64,000 nt of DNA, taken from an uncultured delta proteobacterium. Lineage in GTDB: Bacteria; Myxococcota_A; Polyangia; Polyangiales; Polyangiaceae. The stretch lies in NCBI GenBank assembly GCA_963806225.1, contig CAWDXG010000001.1:64001-128000 (forward strand). Direction: 5' to 3'. The position numbers and the translations under genes are program-made. Numbering within the stretch: the first letter of the stretch is position 1; each line of letters opens with the position of its first letter. Under the pieces are notes generated by a model. The model had not been told where the DNA came from and ran no database searches. It was given only the letters and a program-made list of their open reading frames with translations. Shown one piece after another: positions 34,059 through 44,088 of this stretch.

Positions 34059-34965
34059 TCACCTGGTTCCAAAGCTGAACCCAGCCTTGGCGCTGGCGCC
34101 GGCGCCCTTGTTGACCTTCACGTTCAGCTTCGGCGGCGCGACGTGCACACTCGGCGCTTTCAACTTCGCCTGGACGTTGGCGTTCGCCTTGGCAGCGGCG
34201 GCGGCGGCGGCTTTGGCCCGGAGTCTTGCGTTCACGTCGAGTTTGGCGTCCGCTCGCGCGTAGGCGCCAACGAACGCCTTGCCGCCCGCTTTGATCGCAA
34301 CCACCACGGGTTCTGCGTCGAGGTCGAGCGCCGCGCCGACTTTCCCCTGGTACGACAGGCTCGGTGCGTCCCAGGCGAGCTTCACGAAAGCGCCGTCTCC
34401 GACGCGGAGCTCGAGGTCCAGATCACCCTTGGCGTGCGCGTCACCCGAGGCGTCGAACGCGTACGCGCTGACCAGGTTGCCCTTGGCGACCAGTTTTGCC
34501 GAGTAGTCGCCGACCAGGACCATCCGCCCGTTGTGTCTAGCTTTCACGCGCAGGGCGAGGCGTGGAAGCTTGGCGGCGACCTCGCCGTCCACCTTGATCT
34601 CCGCCGGCCCCGCAGCGAGGCGAGCCCCGGCTTCCATATGCCCGACAAAGCGTGCGTGGGCCGCGTCCCAAGCTAGCGAGACGGCGTGCAGTTTGCCATC
34701 CGCACCGCTGAGCTCGACCTCGAATTTCGCTTTTGCCTTGCCGTCGACGAGCGCGCCCGCCGCATCGTGAATCACCGCTTCGACGCGACCTCCCGCGTCG
34801 GCGAAAAGCTCGACGCCGTACTTCCCCGCCGCGAACAGCGCGCCGCCCTTGACGGGCCCGACCAGAAGCACGGGCGTCTCGAGCTTGCCCTTGGCCGATG
34901 CGCCGCCCAGCTTGAGCTCGACATCGACCGGCGCTGGCGCAAGCTCGGCGCTTTCCTGCGTACGA
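34059..34965 (-). pseudogene. 5'-truncated hypothetical exported protein with Ala/Lys-rich tail
   Basis: Internally repeated beta-rich domain ('L.WDA....F/Y.G'). Its N-terminus is replaced by integrase sequence. Confidence 0.55.
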
Positions 34966-35009
34966 CCTGAGAACCGTGCCCGCGCTGCTGTGCGTGCCGA
35001 GCCCGAACG

Positions 35010-35390
35010 AGGCGAGCGCTGCAGGTGCTCTTCGCCGAGCACGATGACGTGGTCCAGGCATTCCCGACGCACGCTCCCCGGACACCGCTCGCAGAACGAG
35101 TTCATGGGAGGGGCCTTCACCGCGGTGCGTAGGACCCGGATACCGGCGGCCTCCGCTACTCGTTCGAAGTCGGGCCCGAACTTGTTTCTCCGCGACGAGC
35201 TCTCTGCGCGAACGAGTCACGTCGCGGAGCGCCACGCTGATGACCGGGCCTGGGCTCGGCCGTGTGGCAGTCCGCACTGCCGCCGCCACGCGTCCGGCTA
35301 CCGCGGGCGCGGCGCCGCGGAAGCGATGGACCAAGGTGTCCAGCACGAGCGCGATGCGCACGATCGCCCAGCGCTGTTCGAGTCTTGTGC
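35010..35390 (-). mobile_element. Integrase-core (rve, IS3/IS481-like) transposase remnant
   Basis: 'APPMNSFCER..GSVRRECLDHVIVLGEEHL.R' and N-terminal 'RDVTRSRRELVAE'. Degraded. Confidence 0.75.
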
Positions 35391-35538
35391 GCGGCGGATT
35401 CCCGAGTGATCCCCGGGCGGACGCTTCACCGAAGCCAGTACAGGGCGGACTAGAACTGCCCGGCCGCCGATGGGCTCTCGCGATGCTGTCAGCGCCGACC
35501 TGGACCCTTCCGCCGATCGAATCGTGTAGCCTCGTGCC

Positions 35539-36838
35539 GATGCTGCCCAAAGCGCGAGGCTCGCTGAGACAGATGGCCAACGACCCGCGCCAGGTCGCTG
35601 CCACCCTCGCGCTCTTCGTCATCGCTCTCGCACCGCGAGCATGGTTCGTTCTCGAGGACCACCCCCCCGACCACTACCTCGCGGTCGACATGGCGCAGTA
35701 CCTCGACCGCGCACACCGGCTTCTGACGACCCCGCTCGGTCCCCAGGATGCCTTTTTGCCCGTGGGCTACCCGGCGTTCATCGCCGGCATCCTCGGGAGC
35801 ACAGGCGGCAGCCTCGCCGCAGTGGCGTGGGCCAATATCCTGCTGTCCGCTGCCACCGTGGCCGTTGCTTTCCGCATCGCGCTCAGATTGCTCCCGGTCG
35901 ACCTCGCCCTTGTTGCAGCACTCGCCGTGGCATTCTGCCCGCCCCTCGTCTTCTACGCTGGCTTCGTCCTGCCCGAGACACTCTTCACGTTTCTGGTAAC
36001 CGCCTTCCTTGCGGCTCTCCTCGAGGCCGCCGAGTCACCTGGCTACCGCTGGGGGTTGGTCGCAGGAGCGCTGCTGGGTGCAGCCACGGCAGTGCACCCC
36101 AATGCTTTCCTGCTGCTGCCGCTCGTCGCCGCAATCGCACGAATCCGCTCCATTCCCAGGCCTTTCCTGCGATCGGTCGCGATCGGCGCTGGCCCCCTGC
36201 TGCTCGGCTTTGCCTTGTTCAACAGCTATGCGTCGGGGCGTCCCGCGCTCACGTCCACGAACGGGGGCATCAATTTCTTCATGGCGCGAAGCGATCACGT
36301 GGCCGTCCGGTGCCGCGCGGATCCACTGCTCGAGGGGATCTCGCCCCGGCCCAACGCATCGCGGGGAGGCTCCATCCTCACGGTGCCGGTCCACACCTAC
36401 GATGAGTCCTACTTCTACCGTCGCGGTCTCGAATTCCTCTGGCACGAGCCCGGCGTGAACCTGAAGAACGCGGCCGAAAACGTCGAGAACGGCATCGGGC
36501 TGGGCCGCCTCGGGTACTGGCCGGGTTCGACGCAGCACGCGCGCGTTCTTTGGGACTCCCGCGTGGGCGCGTTCTGGCTCGCAGTGCTGCCCGTTGCGGT
36601 CTCCATCCTGGGCTCCCTTTTCTGGCGGCGCGACCGCCAGAGCCACGCCCTCTCGCTGCTCCGCGCTTCGCTGGTCGTTCCCCTCGTCACCTTGGTCCTG
36701 TTCCTGGGCGCCCCACGGACGCGCGTGCCGTTCGACCCCGTCATCCTCGTACTGGCCGTCTTCGCCTGGCTCCAGTTCGCCATGGGTTGCCGCGTTGTCC
36801 TGCGTCGCATCTTCACCCAGCACGTGTCCACGCACTGA
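35539..36838 (+). CDS. GT-C (ArnT/PMT-like) membrane glycosyltransferase
   Basis: 'DMAQY', 'PVGYPAF', 'ETLF', 'STNGGINFF', many TM helices. Start position uncertain. Confidence 0.8.
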
Positions 36839-36922
36839 TGGCAACATCGAGCGGTTGTTCCATCGCACGTCAGGCTCGACGAGCCACGCACCACTTGTGC
36901 GAACTCTGATACGCTGTTCCAC

Positions 36923-38770
36923 GTGAGATCGGGTCACGCCGGCCTGTGGCTTGGATTGGGCCTGGGAGCGCTCGCGTTGTGGTGGCTCGCGTGGCCGGGA
37001 TACGGCGGCGCGGTTCCGCTCCATGCGTATGCGTACGCCGATCTCGTCAAGTTCGCGCCCCACGAGTCGGCATTCTTCCTCTCGCTCCTGGTTCTGCAAC
37101 CGCTCTTGTTCATTGCGCTCACCCTGCGCTTCGGCGGCAGAATCGGCGTCTTCCTGTCTGCCCGCCGCGCCGAGCTCCTGGAGCGGCCCGTGCGGACCCT
37201 GTTCGCTCTTGCACTGGTTGCGGCGCTGGTTGCTCTCGCATTGGCGCTTGCAGCCGGTCACCTCCACCTCATGAGCGAGGACGAGAAGACGTACCTGTTC
37301 CAGGCACGGCTACTTCTGCACGGCCGGCTGTGGGTGCCGGTCCCTCCCGACCCCTATGCGTTCTACCAGCCGTTCGTCGTCAGGGCGGGCAACCATTGGA
37401 GCGGTCAATACCCCTGGGCCCAGCCCGCGCTGCTGGCGCTCGGCGAGCTTGTCCACTTCCCGCACGCCATACCGCCCCTCGAGGTCGCCGTGACGGTGTT
37501 CTTCAGCGGCCTGTGCGCGCGGGAGTTCACGGGTGACGACCGCATCGGCGTCGCCACGAGCGTCCTGGTCGCGTCGAGCCCGCTGGTCTTGATGACCGGG
37601 GCCACACTGCACAACGCCAACCTGAGCGGAGCCTGCGCAGCGATGATGCTGTGGGGAACCGCTCGACTGGCAAACGGCCCGAGCTGGCGAGCCAGCGCTG
37701 CCCTCGGCCTGGCGCTCGGAGTCGCCTCCCACAATCGGCCGCTGGACGCTCTCGTTCTGGCGCTCGGCCTCGCCGGGCTCTTGCTGTGGGCCCGGCGACA
37801 CGAACTCCCCCAGACGATCGTGCGATTCGCGCCGCCGCTCCTGTTCGCGCTGCCGCTGTTGGCGCTGCATCCGTGGCTGAACTACCTGGTGTCCGGCAAC
37901 ATCTGGCACAACGGCTACTGGCTGTTCAACCGAGGGCACGGCTGGATCACCATGGGTTTCGGGCAGGGGCCGTTCAACGACCTGCACACGCCCAGCGTCG
38001 CCGCGGCAAAGATGTTTCCGATCGCGCTCAGGCTCGGGTTCTTCTCGACCGGAAGCCCCGTCATCCTGCTGGCACTGCTCCCCTGGCTCGGCGTGGCCCG
38101 CGTCCCCAGACGCCAGGTCGTCGTCCCGGTCACCCTCACGCTCGCCTACCTCGCGGCCTACTTCTTCTACGCCAGTACGTGCATCGATACCACGGGGCCC
38201 ATCTACTACGTGGCGCTGCTACCGGTGATCGCGTGCGCGCTTGCCTGCGGTCTGGTCGCACTCCGCGATGCGGCATCCAGTGAGCTGTCCCGCTTTGTTC
38301 CGGGCGCGCTGGTCTGCGTGCTGGGCGTCGCTCTGGTCACGTTCTGGCCATCCGAGCTGCTCGATCTCTCGCGCGCAGCCGACCAGGCAGGTATGTGCCA
38401 GACCGTCGTCGCGAAGGAGAAGATCCATCGCGCGCTCGTTTTCGTGCGTGCACCAACGCGACAAATCCCCACCTGGGCCCAGTGGCCCCCGTTTCCCCAT
38501 CCAGACCTGCAGGACCCAGTGTTGTTCGCGCGCGCAGCATCCCCCGACAAGGACGCGCAGGTAGTCCGCGACTACGCCCGGGGACGTCCAGTCTACATGG
38601 CGTCGTGTATCGGGGTGGCACGCTCGGGATTGATCTCCTACGACCCGCAAACCGCCACTATCGGCACGCGCAAGATAACCCCCGAGGACAGGAAGGTTCT
38701 CTACCCCGATCCCAACGCCGTACTGAAGCAACCGCCCGACGCCTGGGAGTTCAACCTGGGCCAGTTCTGA
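36923..38770 (+). CDS. GT-C-type polytopic membrane glycosyltransferase
   Basis: 'DEKTYLFQAR....GRL', 'QYPW..PALLA.G', 'RPLD'. Confidence 0.75.
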   Translation: MRSGHAGLWLGLGLGALALWWLAWPGYGGAVPLHAYAYADLVKFAPHESAFFLSLLVLQPLLFIALTLRFGGRIGVFLSARRAELLERPVRTLFALALVAALVALALALAAGHLHLMSEDEKTYLFQARLLLHGRLWVPVPPDPYAFYQPFVVRAGNHWSGQYPWAQPALLALGELVHFPHAIPPLEVAVTVFFSGLCAREFTGDDRIGVATSVLVASSPLVLMTGATLHNANLSGACAAMMLWGTARLANGPSWRASAALGLALGVASHNRPLDALVLALGLAGLLLWARRHELPQTIVRFAPPLLFALPLLALHPWLNYLVSGNIWHNGYWLFNRGHGWITMGFGQGPFNDLHTPSVAAAKMFPIALRLGFFSTGSPVILLALLPWLGVARVPRRQVVVPVTLTLAYLAAYFFYASTCIDTTGPIYYVALLPVIACALACGLVALRDAASSELSRFVPGALVCVLGVALVTFWPSELLDLSRAADQAGMCQTVVAKEKIHRALVFVRAPTRQIPTWAQWPPFPHPDLQDPVLFARAASPDKDAQVVRDYARGRPVYMASCIGVARSGLISYDPQTATIGTRKITPEDRKVLYPDPNAVLKQPPDAWEFNLGQF

Positions 38771-38782
38771 AGGACTCATCCA

Positions 38783-40117
38783 ATGATACGAGACAAAGCC
38801 GAGATCGGGATTCTGGGCGGTGGCATCTCCGGCCTATCGCTGGCCAGCTTTCTTTCCCGCCCGAGCGAGGTGCTGGAGGCCGACTCGACCTGTGGCGGGC
38901 TGTGCCGCAGCTACCAGAGCGACGGGTTTTCCACCGATGTGGGCGGCCACATCATGTTCTCGAAGAACAAGTCGGTACTCGAGCTGATGGTCCGGAAGCT
39001 CGGCGACAACGTCGCGCTGCGCCGCCGCAACAATCGCATCGCCTACAAGAACCACCGCGTGAAGTATCCGTTCGAGAACGGGCTCGGCGTCCTCGACAAG
39101 GAGGACGTCTACGACTGCCTGATCGGGTTCTTGAACAACGACGCCGCGCCACCGCCCCACCCGCACTTCGCCGCGTGGATGTACTACACGTTCGGACGGG
39201 GCATCACCGACCGCTACCTGATGCCGTACAACCGCAAGATCTGGAAGCTGGACCCAGCGCTGATGGGCATCGACTGGGTCGAACGCGTCCCGCGCCCGCC
39301 CATGGAAGATGTCGTGCGTTCAGCGCTGGGCATCGAGACCGAAGGCTACACGCACCAGCTCCACTTCCACTACCCGAAGCGCGGCGGCATCCAGTCACTG
39401 GTCCAGAGCTTTGCCGCCCAGGTGGCGGCGCGCTCGTCGCTGGTCACAGGATATCGCGTCGAGAACATCCGCAAGACCGATTCGGGGTGGGTCGTCAACG
39501 GCGAGCGGGAGTACAAGGAGCTCGCGAGCACCATCCCGCTGGAGTCCTTGCTCGCGGCGCTGCCGGATGTCCCGAGCGAGATCGCCGACAGAGCTCGCGC
39601 GCTTCGCTACAACGCACTGCGCATCGTCATGCTGGGTATCGATCGGCGCGAGGGCCTCGACGAGATGACCGCGCTCTACGTCCCCGATCCGGAGGTCGTG
39701 TTCCATCGCGTCTGCTTCAACTGCACCTTCTCTCCCGAAATGGCGCCGCCGGACTGCGCAGCGCTGAGCTGCGAGATCACGACGCACCCGGGAGACCCGC
39801 TGTTCGCAGCGTCGGACGAGGAGCTGTATCGGCTGTGCGAAGCAGGGCTCCGGCGTCTCGAGGTGCTCAGGCCGTCGGACAACGTCGTCGCTCGCCTTGT
39901 TCGCGCGGAGTCGAAGGCCTACGTGGTGTGCGACCTGGACTACGGGAGGAACACCGGGATCGTCCTCGACTACCTGGCCTCGATCGGCATCCACGCGCTC
40001 GGCCGCCTGGGCCGCCATCAGTATGTGAACATGGACGCCTGCGTGCACGGCGCTCAGGAGCTGGCATCGGAGCTCGACGGCACGGCTCGCCGCAGCCAGA
40101 CCAGCTCGGCCACATAG
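38783..40117 (+). CDS. FAD-dependent oxidoreductase (UDP-galactopyranose mutase/protoporphyrinogen oxidase-like)
   Basis: 'ILGGGISGL', 'GGLCRS', 'DVGGH', 'PYNRKIW', 'YPKRGG', 'GRLG..QY.NMD'. Confidence 0.85.
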   Translation: MIRDKAEIGILGGGISGLSLASFLSRPSEVLEADSTCGGLCRSYQSDGFSTDVGGHIMFSKNKSVLELMVRKLGDNVALRRRNNRIAYKNHRVKYPFENGLGVLDKEDVYDCLIGFLNNDAAPPPHPHFAAWMYYTFGRGITDRYLMPYNRKIWKLDPALMGIDWVERVPRPPMEDVVRSALGIETEGYTHQLHFHYPKRGGIQSLVQSFAAQVAARSSLVTGYRVENIRKTDSGWVVNGEREYKELASTIPLESLLAALPDVPSEIADRARALRYNALRIVMLGIDRREGLDEMTALYVPDPEVVFHRVCFNCTFSPEMAPPDCAALSCEITTHPGDPLFAASDEELYRLCEAGLRRLEVLRPSDNVVARLVRAESKAYVVCDLDYGRNTGIVLDYLASIGIHALGRLGRHQYVNMDACVHGAQELASELDGTARRSQTSSAT

Positions 40118-41061
40118 ACGCATCCGCCCCCGAGCGCGAGCGTCAGCGTCACCGCCAGCCACAACAGCGACGACGTAACGGCAGCCGAGGCGACGACACC
40201 GACCGGAGCGAGCTGGTAGGTCGTCACCAACTCGCGTTGACCCAGAGCGGCCGGTGTGATCGGCACGAACGTGAGCAGCACGACGCCAATCAACGCTCCG
40301 GCTGTCTCGAGAGGGCGAACGCCCGGCGCGAACGCCATCACCAGCGAAAGCCAGCCGAGGACGGTGACGCCCTGGGTGACCAGCGACAGGGCAAGCGCAC
40401 TGGCGAACGGCCGGAGCCTTCTGGGCGTGACGATCTGCCGGACCAACGAAAGCCAGCGTTGGAGCCGCGGCGTCAGCCGTTCGACACGCGTCGAGACGCG
40501 GGCAAGCCAGACGGCCAGCAGCGCCCCCAGGGCGAGCGCGAGCAGGCCCAGCGCGCAAATCGTCGTCCACACGGCATGCTGGGTGGAGTGCGTGCCTCGG
40601 GCCAGGCCTTCGGCCAACAGACCGAGTGCGAACAACCCGGCCAGGCCGCACAGACGCTCCACGAGCAGCACGTAGTAGGAGCGCACCAGACCGCCGCTTT
40701 CGGCGCGCAAGCGATAGCCGCGCACCGCGTCCCCCGCGACCCCGAGCGGAAGAACGTTGAAGTAGACCCCGACCAGGTTGTGCCGGAGCATCGCCCAGTA
40801 GCCCGGCGCCGGCCCCGAGCCGTACGCGCGCAGCAGGTACCGCCACCTGAGCGTGCCGGCCAGGATTGCGACCCACGCGCACAGCATCGCCACAATCACT
40901 GGCTCCGGCGAAACACGGCTCAGGTCGTGGAGCACATCCGGCCACACCACGCGATGCGACAACCAGACGAAGGGCAGCACGGCCAACACGCCCCGCACCG
41001 CTCCGAGGATGACGCGCCGTGAGCGACGGCCGGCAGTCGGTCGCGCTTCCAGGGAGGTCAC
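40054..41061 (-). CDS. Lysylphosphatidylglycerol-synthase TM / flippase-like (UPF0104) protein
   Basis: 'LRW..LL', 'FNVLP..VAGDAVR', 'ER', 'VPITPAALGQRE'. Confidence 0.85.
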   Translation of the reverse strand: MTSLEARPTAGRRSRRVILGAVRGVLAVLPFVWLSHRVVWPDVLHDLSRVSPEPVIVAMLCAWVAILAGTLRWRYLLRAYGSGPAPGYWAMLRHNLVGVYFNVLPLGVAGDAVRGYRLRAESGGLVRSYYVLLVERLCGLAGLFALGLLAEGLARGTHSTQHAVWTTICALGLLALALGALLAVWLARVSTRVERLTPRLQRWLSLVRQIVTPRRLRPFASALALSLVTQGVTVLGWLSLVMAFAPGVRPLETAGALIGVVLLTFVPITPAALGQRELVTTYQLAPVGVVASAAVTSSLLWLAVTLTLALGGGCVYVAELVWLRRAVPSSSDASS

Positions 41062-41777
41062 CGCGATGCTGTTCCGATCTCGCAGCGGGCAAATTGTCCA
41101 GGGACCACGCGCTGGCCCACACTGAGCAGCCTGAGCAACCGCCGGAACGTCCAGACTGTCGAGTCGAAGCGGTTCAGCGTCGTCGCCCCCATCCGCTCAT
41201 CGTAGCGGATCGGCACCTCGGCAATCCGCCACCCCCGACGCGCAGCCAACACCAGGAGCTCGACCGGCAGAGCGGCGCCCTGCGGGTCGAAATCGAGCGT
41301 CGCCAGCTTCGTCCGGCGGTACGCGCGCATCCCCGAGTGCACGTCCGTCACGGCAAGCCCATGCAAGACCCGGGCGGTCCTGGCAAACAGCGCGTTGGCG
41401 AGGTAGTTCGGGTACGGCATGGACCGCGGACGCGACCACAAGCGCGAAGCGTTGACCAGATCCCACCCGGACTCGATCAGCTCGACGAGGTCGGGGATCA
41501 CCTCGGCCGGATAGGTCCCGTCGCAATCGAGCGTCACAACCACGTCGTTCTGCGCGGCGCGCAGTGCGGCGTCCATCGCCGGCCCGTAGCCTCGTGGTGG
41601 CAACTGGCGGATGACGCGCGCCCCTGCTGCCTCTGCCACGTCTGCCGTGCGGTCCGTGGAGCTGTCAACCAACACGACCTCGGCCTCGGGCACGGCGGCG
41701 CGGATGGACTCCAGCACGGCAGCTACCGCCGCCTCCTCGTTGCGACTGATCATCACCACCGAAATCGACGCACTCAT
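41058..41777 (-). CDS. GT2 polyprenol-phosphate glycosyltransferase
   Basis: 'NEE', 'DSSTD.T', 'GYGPA', 'DCDGTY', 'DVHSGMRAY', 'EVPI.Y.ER.G'. Confidence 0.9.
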   Translation of the reverse strand: MSASISVVMISRNEEAAVAAVLESIRAAVPEAEVVLVDSSTDRTADVAEAAGARVIRQLPPRGYGPAMDAALRAAQNDVVVTLDCDGTYPAEVIPDLVELIESGWDLVNASRLWSRPRSMPYPNYLANALFARTARVLHGLAVTDVHSGMRAYRRTKLATLDFDPQGAALPVELLVLAARRGWRIAEVPIRYDERMGATTLNRFDSTVWTFRRLLRLLSVGQRVVPGQFARCEIGTASR

Positions 41778-41855
41778 GACAGCGTCCAATGATAGCCCAA
41801 CCGCACCAGTTCGTCGTGGACCTCGTCCACCGCGGGTCCGCGTTATGCTGGGGGC

Positions 41856-42731
41856 ATGGCGGTCATCGACGCGCACGCACACTTCGAGCCTCGCATGCTG
41901 GAGCCCGACCAGCTGATACGGAAGATGGACGCCGCCGGGGTCGATCGGGTGGCGCTGATCCCGACGATGAACGATCCGCTACCAGAAACCCCAGAAACCC
42001 TGCTGGCGGTTGTTCGCGCGCTGATGAATTCGCCCTGCCATCCCGTGGCGCGCAAGCTCAACGACGCCTTCTACACCAAGGAGGGGCATTTGAAGCTCAA
42101 GGGCAAGGTCTACGAGATCTACCCGCGCCCCGACAACAGAGCGGTGGCCGGGATGCTGACCGCCCATCCCGAACGCTTCCTCGGCTGGATCTTTCTCAAC
42201 CCGAGGTTGCCCGACGACCAGCTCGAAGAGCTGGAGCGCTGGCGCCAGGTGCCCGGCTTCGTCGGTGTCAAGCTGCATCCGCACTGGCACCGCTACCACC
42301 TGGGCGAGGCGTTACCCATCGCCCGGCGCTGCGAGGAGCTCGAGCTGCCGATCCTCGTTCATCTCGGCTTCGCCGAGCACGGCACCTGGCCGCTGCTCAC
42401 GGAGCGATGCCCGCGCCTCAAGCTGATCTTCGCCCACGCGGGCATGCCGCACTTCTCCCGCATGTGGAAACAGGTGGCGGCCAACGAGAAGCTGCACATC
42501 GATGTGTCGAGCCCCTATCTGTCCGAGCGGCTTGTGCGCAAGGCAGTGGCCGCGGTCGGCCCCCAGCGCGTGCTGTATGGCACCGACGCGCCGTATGGCT
42601 TCCACGCGGCCGACAGCAGCTACGACTACACCGCGATCAAGGGCTGGGTGGAGCGGCTGCCCTGCCGGGCCGGCGCCATCGACGGCATATTCGGTGACAA
42701 CGTGCTGCGCCTGCTCGCCGAGCAGCGCTGA
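41856..42731 (+). CDS. Amidohydrolase family protein
   Basis: 'IDAHAH', 'GVKLHP', 'AHAG', 'LYGTDAP'. Confidence 0.9.
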   Translation: MAVIDAHAHFEPRMLEPDQLIRKMDAAGVDRVALIPTMNDPLPETPETLLAVVRALMNSPCHPVARKLNDAFYTKEGHLKLKGKVYEIYPRPDNRAVAGMLTAHPERFLGWIFLNPRLPDDQLEELERWRQVPGFVGVKLHPHWHRYHLGEALPIARRCEELELPILVHLGFAEHGTWPLLTERCPRLKLIFAHAGMPHFSRMWKQVAANEKLHIDVSSPYLSERLVRKAVAAVGPQRVLYGTDAPYGFHAADSSYDYTAIKGWVERLPCRAGAIDGIFGDNVLRLLAEQR

Positions 42732-42765
42732 GCATGGTGAGATACGCCGGCGTGCGAGTTCTGCG

Positions 42766-43563
42766 CTAGGCCAGCCGACGCAGGAACGGCAGGACTACCT
42801 CTGCCAGGCGCTCGGGTTGTTCAAACGGAAGGCCGTGACCGGCGCCAGCGACCTGTTCGATTCGCACGCCCGGGTTCAGGCTGCGCAGTTCCGTTGCCAT
42901 CTCGAGCGTGACGACGGGGCTGCTGTCGCCCATGACGAGTAGGCTCGGGACGTCAATCGCGCGCACCACGTCGCGATACCTGGGGTTGGGTGGCGTGAGC
43001 ACGTCGAAGGCGCTCATGCGGGTGTTCAGCTTGGCGTCGGCGAGGAGCTCGACGAGCTCGGGCGAGCGACGCGGGTGCCGGGCTCGGGCCTGCGCGACGA
43101 GCTCGGACTTGTCTAGACCGAGCGCCCGGCGGTGTTGGTCGGCGACGTCGCTGTCGCGCACCTCGCGTTGGCGCTCGGGGCTCAAGAACGTCGGGTCGAC
43201 CAGGACGAGGCCGCGGAGGATCGCCGCACCTCGACCCGCCACCACCGCGGCGGTCATGCCACCCATCGAGTGGCCAAGCAGAACCGGACGAGAGAGCTCC
43301 AGCGCGCGGAAGAGGCCCACGATGTCGCTCGCGTGATCGTCGTACCGGTAGCCGTGGTGCGGCGCGCTTGAACCGCCGTGTCCTCTTGCGTCGGGCATGA
43401 CGATGTCGAATTCACCCTCGAGCGCGCGCGCCAGGGGAGTCCAGCAGGCCCCGCTCCCAGTCAATCCATGCAGCAGAACCACGGGAGGTCTGGCGCTGCC
43501 GGTTCGGAGGTAGTGGAGGCTGATGCCGTTCGTTTCGCAGACTCCACAGATCCAGGTCGTCAT
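42766..43563 (-). CDS. Alpha/beta hydrolase
   Basis: 'LLHG', 'DARGHG', 'GHSMGG', 'AGH'. Confidence 0.92.
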   Translation of the reverse strand: MTTWICGVCETNGISLHYLRTGSARPPVVLLHGLTGSGACWTPLARALEGEFDIVMPDARGHGGSSAPHHGYRYDDHASDIVGLFRALELSRPVLLGHSMGGMTAAVVAGRGAAILRGLVLVDPTFLSPERQREVRDSDVADQHRRALGLDKSELVAQARARHPRRSPELVELLADAKLNTRMSAFDVLTPPNPRYRDVVRAIDVPSLLVMGDSSPVVTLEMATELRSLNPGVRIEQVAGAGHGLPFEQPERLAEVVLPFLRRLA

Positions 43564-43764
43564 CGAACCGTCCGGGCAGAGGATACGACGGACGAGCCCA
43601 TTTCGGACGCCGAACAGCCCGAAGAACTCGAGTCAGGCTCGCTGCGAACGCTAGACCCAGCTTGATCGTGACCGGATCGGGCCCGCAGTATTGCCGCTTC
43701 CGGCCAAGGCGCCGCAACGGCCCTCGGCCGCGGATGTCGTGCGTCGTCGGGTCCTCCGACAGAC

Positions 43765-44088
43765 TCACTCGTCGAGCAGCTCCTTCGCGCGCGCCGCCGC
43801 CGACACCGCGCTCGGCCAACCGACGTAGAACGCCAGATGCGTGATCATCTCGACCAGCTCTTCCCGCGTGACGCCGTTCTCGATCGCCTTGGGGAAATGG
43901 ATACCCAGCTGCTCGGTCTTGCTGGTCGCGACGAGCGCCGCGCACGTGATCAGGCTGCGGTCGCGCTTCGAGAGCTCCGGTCGCTCCCAGACGTCCCCGT
44001 AGATGACCTCCTCGGCAAGGTCGACCAGCTTCGGCGCGAACTCCCCGAGGGACTTCTTGATCGTGGTGCGTGGCTTGTCCTGGCTCAT
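43765..44088 (-). CDS. Carboxymuconolactone decarboxylase family protein
   Basis: 'GDVWERPELSKRDRSLIT.AAL', 'NGVTREEL.E.ITHLAFYVGWP'. Confidence 0.92.
   Translation of the reverse strand: MSQDKPRTTIKKSLGEFAPKLVDLAEEVIYGDVWERPELSKRDRSLITCAALVATSKTEQLGIHFPKAIENGVTREELVEMITHLAFYVGWPSAVSAAARAKELLDE

Noticed and set aside
38395..41022. Long alternative-frame and antisense ORFs (e.g. 875 aa here, 57322-59334, 47002-48939, 27253-29181)
   Set aside because: They are Arg/Ala/Pro-rich shadow ORFs expected at high GC, and they overlap well-supported genes.
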